This document shows positions 57,743 through 64,000 of a DNA stretch of 64,000 bases, piece after piece; positions within the stretch are counted from its first letter, which is position 1, and each line of letters starts with the position of its first letter. This DNA is from Kiritimatiellia bacterium. GTDB lineage: Bacteria; Verrucomicrobiota; Kiritimatiellia; RFP12; JBMNHG01. The stretch covers positions 310,001-374,000 of the forward strand of contig JBMNHG010000003.1 in assembly GCA_050950285.1 (NCBI GenBank), given 5' to 3'. A program made the position numbers and the translations under genes. Under the pieces are notes generated by a model, which had not been told where the DNA came from, ran no database searches, and saw nothing but the letters and a program-made list of their open reading frames with translations.

Positions 57743-58180
57743 TTAGTCACATTCGAGAGAGACACTTTCAAGGTTCAATGTCCATGTCCCTGTCACAACC
57801 CAAACATTCGCACGCGTTTGCCACGGCCACCCCGGCCCCCCTACCCAACGCGAGGGGATCCAGCCGCTCACAACACTACTCGTCTCGGCAGTATGACCGG
57901 CATGTGCAGCCGTGGTCTTGCTCGAGAAAAGGCTGGATGCTTTTGCCTTACAGACAGCTATTCTGTGTTTCAGCTTTGCCTCACACTCTCCACGCTCTCC
58001 CGTCTCGGCCTGTCCAGACTGCCATTCTTCAAACTGCGACCACACCTGACCGTAATGCTTCCAAACCTTGACATGCTTCTTCTCGTGTTTTTTTGCGTCA
58101 CTTCTGAACGAAGATGTCAACCATCCACTACCTCGCTTAGTTCCAACTTTGGGAAGGAACACATGCACAGCTAGAATAAA
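57743..58180 (-). pseudogene. orphan toxin tip CT4 with HExxH, 5'-truncated by IS insertion
   Basis: AT-richer frame open up to the IS end at 58181; KKHEKKH; ends ECD*, 14 bp before Imm4. Confidence 0.55.
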
Positions 58181-59555
58181 CCTAAAAAGAGCAGTTGAAC
58201 TTTCAAGTTATCATCCGGAGCATCATTTGGTCGCCTTCTGAGACTGGGTAGAGCACCCTTCCGCGCAGCCATTTGACGAACGCCGCCGACAAAATGATCG
58301 CCCAGACCTGCCCGGCGCTCAACTGCTCCGCAATTGCCGCGAGGTTGTTCATGAACCTGCCGATCCTGTCCAGGACGAGGCGGACCTGTCCGCCCAGGGC
58401 GTGCGTCGAGGTCAGGCGCACGATCTTCCGGCGGCCGGTGGTGACCAGCCGGCCGACCGCGTGGAGCAGCAGGGGCCGGGATGTGACCGCCTCCATGTGG
58501 CTGTCGGGCCGGGCGAGGCGCGTGAAGATGTTCCACCAGTTGTAGACCAGGGCGACGATGCGGGCGATGATGCGGCAGCGCCGCAGGTCGCGGGTCACGA
58601 AGCCGCCCCAGCCCCACTGGTTCTTGATCTCGTCGAACACGTTCTCGCAGTCCGCCCGGTCCCTGTACAACTGGGACAGGGCCATGGCGTCCAGGGTTCC
58701 GTCGTTGGTCACCAGCACGGCATAGTCCCATGTCCGCGCGTCCGTGACCTCCGGGGCGAAGGCGAACTCCGGCCCGGAGGGGCGGGGCGGCTCCGCGCGC
58801 GCGGGGCGGCGCAGGAACACGCACCGTCGCTCGGCTGTCCAGCCGGCCAGCTTCAGGCGGCTCTCGGACGCCTGCCAGCCCTCGCCGGCGTCGGTCCACG
58901 CCCGGCCGGGCGCCGCCAGCTCCCGGAGCCGCGACTTGATCTTCGGCGAGCGCCTCAGCTTGAACAGGTAGGGCTGCCCGCGCGCCTCGGCCTGCGCCAT
59001 GACCTTCTCGCTGCCGTAGCCCACGTCCCCGCGTATCAGCCGCGGGCGGCACCCCGGGCAGGCAGCGAGTCGATGAGCTTCCACAGGCCGGGCATGCCGC
59101 AGCCCCCCGAGTGCTGCTTCCCGGGCTGCACGTCGACGCCCAGCACGAGGCGCAGCGCGCCGATGAAGTACGTGTGGCAGTTGTGGCTGGGCCGCCCCGG
59201 CTTCTTGGGGTTGTAACCCAGCTCCGCGCCCTCCTGGTGGCCGTAGAGCGGCTTGACCGTGCTGTCGATGTCCAGGACGTACGCCTCGGCGAGCAGCGGC
59301 TCGACGACCCGTCCGATCCAGCCCCGCCAGCCACGTGTCCCAGGCCTCTTCCGTCCCGCGGCCCAGCGCCCTGCGGACGCTGTCTTCGGACACCACCTTG
59401 CCAAGCCCCAGGACCTCGGCCCCGACGCGGTCGGAACGCAGCGCGTTGATGTGGGCGTAACGCGTCTGCCCGTTGAGGACGGAAAGCAGCAGCGTCCCCA
59501 TCACGTCGGCGCGCGGCGGGGGCATTGTTGCTCTTGTACTCCAGCGGCGAGGAGT
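58181..59555 (-). mobile_element. IS1380-family insertion sequence remnant (transposase 5'-truncated and frameshifted)
   Basis: GTLLLSVL.G.TRYAHI, SEDSVRRAL, LDIDSTVKPLYGHQEGA..GYNP.KPGRPSH (alternate frame), RGD.GYG, YRDRADCENVFDEIKNQWGWGGF; right end CCTAAAAAGAGCAGTTG. Confidence 0.85.
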
Positions 59556-59668
59556 CTTCGCCCTCTTCGTGTAGCCGCCTGCCTGCCGAAGCGATCTCAT
59601 CGATATTGATTATCCCATTCCGAACCCGGAAACGTCAAGGATCCAACACATACCCCGCGCTCCATCAG
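59556..59668 (-). repeat. 113-bp promoter+ATG module, copy 2
   Basis: Identical to 57050-57162; joined directly to the truncated transposase. Confidence 0.9.
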
Positions 59669-59821
59669 AGCGCAGCGGTGTTCCACCATGCCGCATCGCG
59701 CGCGCCGATCACCCGCTCAATGACGCCCATCATGCCCGCGCCGCCGTGCGCCGCTGTTACGGGTCAACTCCGTCGGCAAGGGCCCTGCACGATCTCGATG
59801 GCGCGATCGGTGTCCATTTGA

Positions 59822-60377
59822 TCACGGCCGAAAGCCGATCATGCCAGCTCGCATTGCGTCGGAGAACTGGTTCGTAGTCATGCTCAGGGGCTGCGAGGCC
59901 GGAACGTTGAACTGCGACCGTACCACTGCGTTCGTTGACGGTCGACGCAAGCCAGTTACGGCCCATCTCCACGGGCTTAGATCCAGGTTCACGAGCCAAA
60001 GTGAAAGCTCTTCCAGACACCTGTCCTCATTCGTTCTCCGCCATAAGAGCCATGCAGCACTGATGCGTTTCGATTCCTCAAAAGCCGGATCTCCCATGAT
60101 GCTGTCAAGGCGCTCGTTGACGTTTGTTATCGGAGTATGCTCAATAATCCAACTGGACCATCCGCGAGTCGTGCCGCCAAAGCAGTCGAAGTCATCAAGG
60201 GCCAACTGCACACCTTGTTCGGGTCTTCATCAGACTTTCTGCTAAGGGGCGGGCGGCGTCTGGATCCCTGCGCACCCGATGCAGTTTCTTGAAGGCAATG
60301 CGTTCCTTCGTGCATCCAGAGGAAAGCAACATGCTGGCCAGCAGCACCCCTGAAAGAAGATGGCGGAGAATCATCAT
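59822..60377 (-). pseudogene. putative immunity lipoprotein (Imm3), split by frameshifts
   Basis: MMILRHLLSGVLLASMLLSSGC lipobox; TGATG overlap with CT3; continues over three overlapping ORF pieces. Confidence 0.55.
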
Positions 60378-60617
60378 CAGTCACAGAACCCGTTAAGATA
60401 TCCGTCGATCATGCGAGCATTGCATTCATGGGCTGAGGCGTTCGGAGAGTCGCCGGGGATGTTGTCCACGTCGGCCAACACGATCGCAGTCATGGCAACG
60501 CTCTGCCGGCGGCGCACCGCTCCCGGAGGCCCTGGCGCGGCGCGTGCGTAAGCAGGCGCCGTGCCAAGGGCCGGAGGGTAGACGGAAGAACGTTCCCAGG
60601 CTGCAAGAAAGGCAAGG
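60377..60617 (-). pseudogene. orphan toxin tip remnant CT3 (no RHS core in front)
   Basis: Open frame ending ...AHECNARMIDGYLNGFCD* whose stop overlaps the Imm3 start. Confidence 0.4.
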
Positions 60618-60947
60618 CTACTCGTAAGACGCGAAGACACGTCGAACTTCGTCATTGGGACCGTAAACCACTTCTATGGGTTCTCGGGCAAGAATCAGGT
60701 ATTGCACACACACTTCGTGTTCGCCAAGAGTGTGCTCGCGCCCCCAGAGAGATTTCTCCATGGCGACAGGCTTTGACATGTAGAAGCGCAAAGTCCTTTC
60801 GACCTCTTGTCGAGTCTTCGGTTGAAGACGCACGAGTTGCTCATACTGAGCGTCGGCAACACGGTAGGGCACGTAAACGAAGACCGCTACACCAAGAAGA
60901 AGCAGTCCGCTTCCCCACAGGATCAGCCACTGGGTTCTTGTCTTCAT
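60618..60947 (-). CDS. putative membrane-anchored immunity protein (Imm2)
   Basis: MKTRTQWLILWGSGLLLLGVAVFVY N-terminal TM; TRQEVERTL...EPIEVVYGPNDEV resembles a BamE/SmpA-like small domain. Confidence 0.6.
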   Translation of the reverse strand: MKTRTQWLILWGSGLLLLGVAVFVYVPYRVADAQYEQLVRLQPKTRQEVERTLRFYMSKPVAMEKSLWGREHTLGEHEVCVQYLILAREPIEVVYGPNDEVRRVFASYE

Positions 60948-61874
60948 TTTCTTGCCCGGATTCTTGATGATGTCGTCAATGGCTTTACGCTCATCTGGGG
61001 TGGCTTCCCGAAACCCGCTTGGACACTTGCAGCACCCCTTATCGTCGGGTTTGACTTCAAAATTGGCAGCGCCGATCTTGTACCATATCCCATCACACTC
61101 CGCGAAATCAACGTCGTCGTTCCATGGAGTGTTCTCGCCAGGCTGGAGGGTGTAGACCTTTCGATTGTCGATGTCCACACCCCGGATGTTCTTGTTTTTG
61201 CACTTGCTATCAAACCTTTATGCGCCCGTTGAAGGGCCACGGCCGATCTTTGAGACCGATCGGGTCGATGCGGTTTAGAGGGTCATTCTGCGTGAACCCG
61301 TATTCGTGGCCCAGCACGGCAAGCCACAATTCATCGCGATCTTTCTCCTCCATTCCCGCAGTAGCCATGAGGAAGAAAGAGTGCTCCATGATGGGATCCC
61401 TGCTCAACCACCGCCCCAACCCCGGACTGTACCACCCTGTACCCCCCAGTACCCGAGCCCGGTCAGGTTGTCCCAGTGTTTTCGTGGAGAAGCGGAAGGG
61501 GTGTTGGCCTTGGCCAGCGGGCCGGCGGAGACGATGGTCTCGCCGAAGGGGCTGTATTCGTAGTGCGCCAGCAGTTCGCCGTCTGTGCCGACCAACTGGC
61601 AGACGTTTCCATTCGCGTCGTAGCCGTAGAGGACGGACGTGCCGTCCAGCGAGGCGGCGAGGAGGCCGCCGACGCCGCCCCGCGCCCTGCAAGGTGCCGC
61701 TCAAGTCCAGCCCCCATGTGTACAGGTTGGTGCCGGCCGACTGCGGACTGCCGCTGCCGACGGCCACTGTCTCCCGGATCACGTTCCAGCCGTCGTAGAG
61801 GAAGGCGCGGGCTCTCGGCGGCCTGCCAGGCGCCGTTGGTCCAGACGGCGGTGGCGGAGGCGATGCGGCGGGAC
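60945..61874 (-). pseudogene. orphan RHS core plus Cys-rich tip CT2, multiple frameshifts
   Basis: GLDLSGTLQGAG, YDANGNV, YEYSPFGE, FRFSTK, GRWLSRDP, DPLNRIDPIGL in shifting frames; tip continues VDIDNRK...CCKCP... Confidence 0.8.
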
Positions 61875-61993
61875 GGCCCAATAGATCGTCGCCGCCGCCC
61901 GCGCCTTGGAGGGTGCCCAAAAGGTCGCGTCCCAACACGAAACGGTTTGTGACCGTAGAATGGAACGACTCTTTACCATATTCCTTCCAACCG

Positions 61994-62464
61994 TCATGGC
62001 TCTGTCGTCTCGCAATCGACAACGGGCAGCACCCGAACCTCGCGAAAAACCCAATCCTCGATGTCTGGACTGTCATCAAAGCATGTTTCGATCGTAATTT
62101 TGGTGAACCCGATCGCATGAACTTTATAGATCAGTTCCACGACTTCTTTAACTGTCACATCATCATGCACGATAAACGTGACTCGCATGTTCTCGTCGAT
62201 CGCGGCGAACTTCTTTAAATGCTCTTCGACCGCCGCAAACTCTTGCTGCTTCTTGCCTCGGAAAAAGAATGTCGTCCTTCCGTCGCTTTTCCCAATGGAT
62301 ATGGCTAAGCGGTCGGCCAGGCATTGATCGGCGCAGACAGGGAGGAGCGCTGAAGCCCGATCCTCCTGCATACGCTTCGGCGTCATGCATTGATCGGCGC
62401 AGACAGGGAGGAGCGCTAGAAATACAATAAAAATCATCGAACGTATTTGCAGCTGAGTGTTCAT
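61994..62464 (-). CDS. putative immunity protein (Imm1), signal peptide plus ExbD/TolR-like periplasmic domain
   Basis: AGAGG RBS, starts 9 bp after the RHS stop; hydrophobic N-terminus; VTFIVHDDVTVKEVVELIYKVHAIGFTKITI. Confidence 0.6.
   Translation of the reverse strand: MNTQLQIRSMIFIVFLALLPVCADQCMTPKRMQEDRASALLPVCADQCLADRLAISIGKSDGRTTFFFRGKKQQEFAAVEEHLKKFAAIDENMRVTFIVHDDVTVKEVVELIYKVHAIGFTKITIETCFDDSPDIEDWVFREVRVLPVVDCETTEP
62321..62417. repeat. 31-bp direct repeat pair separated by 35 bp, in frame within Imm1
   Basis: gcattgatcggcgcagacagggaggagcgct at 62321-62351 and 62387-62417. Confidence 0.9.
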
Positions 62465-62473
62465 GGCACACCT

Positions 62474-64000
62474 CTACTTGCAAGGAGTCTTGGATCTATC
62501 TTTGAGCGCGAGGATCTTTTTGCTTGTCCCGTAATCGAGTGCGGGCTGTTTTTGGAGAATTCCCGAGGAGTATTCCTGATGCCACTCCCATCTATGAAGA
62601 AGCGATTTGAGTTTGGTGAACTTCACCATTAATTCGGAAAGCAATTCTTCACAATTGCAACATTCGTCTGCTTCGTACGGTGAGACGAGATGTTCGTAGG
62701 ACGGAACGTAGATGTTCAGAAAGACCTTGTGATGGTTGAACTCATGCTGCTTGACCGCGATTGGCTGTCCGTTCCAGTATCCATCCATGAGTTCGTGGTT
62801 GGGATGCAGGCGCACGATCGGTTTGGCGGTAAGCGTACACTCAATCTTCTGTTTGCCGCCAGGGGGACCAACACACGCGCATGACAGTGATTCGTTGGCC
62901 CTATACCCCCCGGGGTTGTCATCCAGTTTACCTTCTTCGATCATGGGATCGGAAACGTCGATGGTGAGGGCACCGAGGAAGTCGAAATAGAGAAACGGGG
63001 TGTTCTTCAAGAACGAGTAGAGATTTGCGCCACCCCATTCCCCAATCGGATCTCTGGAGAGCCACCTCCCCACTCCCGGCCCATACTTCCTAAACAAGTA
63101 CTCGCTCAGTCCCGTGACCCCACACCACGGCTTGGTGCTGAACCGGTGGGTGAAGGTGTCGGCGAGAGGGCCGGTGGAGACGACGATCTCGCCGAAGGGG
63201 GAGTAGCCGTAGTGGGCGGCGACGGCGCCATTCGTGGCGACGTACTCAGTGACGTTGCCGTTGGCATCATACGTGGGCAGGAACACGCCATCGTCGCGGA
63301 CGACGGCGAGGAGTCCGCCCACGCCGCCGGCGCCCTGCAAGGTGCCGTCGAGGTCGAGGCCCCAGACGTTGCGGGTGACAGTAGTCGCGAGACCGGAGAC
63401 GCGGGTTTCGCGGACGATGTTCCAGCCGTCCCAGAGGTACGCGATGCTCACGGGGTCGCCGTCCGTGCGGGCGATCCGCTTCTGGACCATCCGCCCGCGA
63501 TGGTCGTAGGCGTAGGTGACGACGACTTCGGCGTTCGACGCCATGACCATGCGGTTCTCGGCGTCCCACGTGTAAACGAAGCGTCCGTCGGAGGTCATGT
63601 TGCCGTCGGCGTCGTAGGTGAAGGCCTCGGGCGTCTTCGCGACGAAGACCCGGCTCGTAACCGCGTAGACGGTATCGGGGACGTTGGTTCCGGGCGGGTT
63701 GATGGCGGCGTAGACTTCGAGGTCCTTCAACACGTTCGAGGCGGTGTTGTCCGCCGTGTCCCCGCCGAAGAAGTATTCTCCGAGCCTGAAAGCGGGGCGC
63801 TCGTTGACGGTGACGAAGGCGTTGGTGCCGGCCTCGCCGCGGACGGCGGCGTAGCCGGGGACGGTGCGCGACGTGTACTGGTTGAGTTCGTTGGCGGCGT
63901 AGGCGGAGACGAGCGGCGCGCCGTTTTCGTCGTACTCGGCCGCGCCCGTGCGGTTGCCGACGGGGTCGTAGGCGTAGTCGTACGAGAACCCGCGGACGTC
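62474..64000 (-). CDS. RHS repeat-associated core protein with HExxH, Cys-rich C-terminal toxin tip CT1 (5' part beyond window)
   Basis: Frame open to base 64000; YAYDPVGNR, ANELNQYT, YDADGNM, GRWLSRDPIGE, NTPFLYFDFLGA cleavage-type motif, then AT-richer tip with KQHEFNHH. Confidence 0.92.
   Translation of the reverse strand, partial: DVRGFSYDYAYDPVGNRTGAAEYDENGAPLVSAYAANELNQYTSRTVPGYAAVRGEAGTNAFVTVNERPAFRLGEYFFGGDTADNTASNVLKDLEVYAAINPPGTNVPDTVYAVTSRVFVAKTPEAFTYDADGNMTSDGRFVYTWDAENRMVMASNAEVVVTYAYDHRGRMVQKRIARTDGDPVSIAYLWDGWNIVRETRVSGLATTVTRNVWGLDLDGTLQGAGGVGGLLAVVRDDGVFLPTYDANGNVTEYVATNGAVAAHYGYSPFGEIVVSTGPLADTFTHRFSTKPWCGVTGLSEYLFRKYGPGVGRWLSRDPIGEWGGANLYSFLKNTPFLYFDFLGALTIDVSDPMIEEGKLDDNPGGYRANESLSCACVGPPGGKQKIECTLTAKPIVRLHPNHELMDGYWNGQPIAVKQHEFNHHKVFLNIYVPSYEHLVSPYEADECCNCEELLSELMVKFTKLKSLLHRWEWHQEYSSGILQKQPALDYGTSKKILALKDRSKTPCK

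Noticed and set aside
58203..59600. 465-aa ORF as an intact transposase
   Set aside because: The conserved LDIDST...GYNP segment lies in another frame (59036..59404), so the long ORF is a product of compensating frameshifts
59556..59668. 113-bp module as the native left end of the IS1380 element
   Set aside because: Only weak similarity to the right end CCTAAAAAGAGC, the transposase N-terminus is missing, and copy 1 occurs with no IS sequence; not fully excluded
62321..62417. Possible mini-CRISPR
   Set aside because: Only two repeats, in frame inside an ORF, no leader or cas genes; kept only as a duplication
49970..64000. attR copy of the tRNA-Pro 3' end and an integrase
   Set aside because: Neither was seen in the window by eye; the island remains an inference
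55382..64000. Type VI secretion context for the RHS genes
   Set aside because: No vgrG, PAAR, hcp or chaperone genes in the window; the RHS N-terminus is outside it

Overview
This is a high-GC bacterial window. The gene content and protein style suggest a PVC-superphylum organism, probably Kiritimatiellota/Lentisphaerae-like (inference). Positions 1-50 kb carry housekeeping genes (pgk, lpxA, argF, lptF/G, prfC, cobB, rpmB, serC, truA, dtd, uup, mazG, glgA, uppP, tRNA-Pro). These are mixed with glycan-related and secreted proteins: two divergent clan GH-A-like hydrolases, a GH28-like enzyme, a GH29 fucosidase, a DUF1861/GT108 protein, a 2.36-kaa modular surface protein ending in GTLFILR, and two tandem-DUF4159 paralogs. 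After tRNA-Pro come two sialate O-acetylesterases and an AmmeMemoRadiSam B-A fusion. From about 55.4 kb to the end lies a minus-strand RHS polymorphic-toxin array: one RHS gene running off the window, four orphan toxin tips, five exported or lipoprotein immunity candidates, an IS1380-family remnant, and two identical copies of a 113-bp module carrying a sigma70-like promoter plus an ATG. Frameshifts at 59-62 kb are nearly all small insertions and may be long-read errors. No database searches were run; family calls rest on motif recognition.
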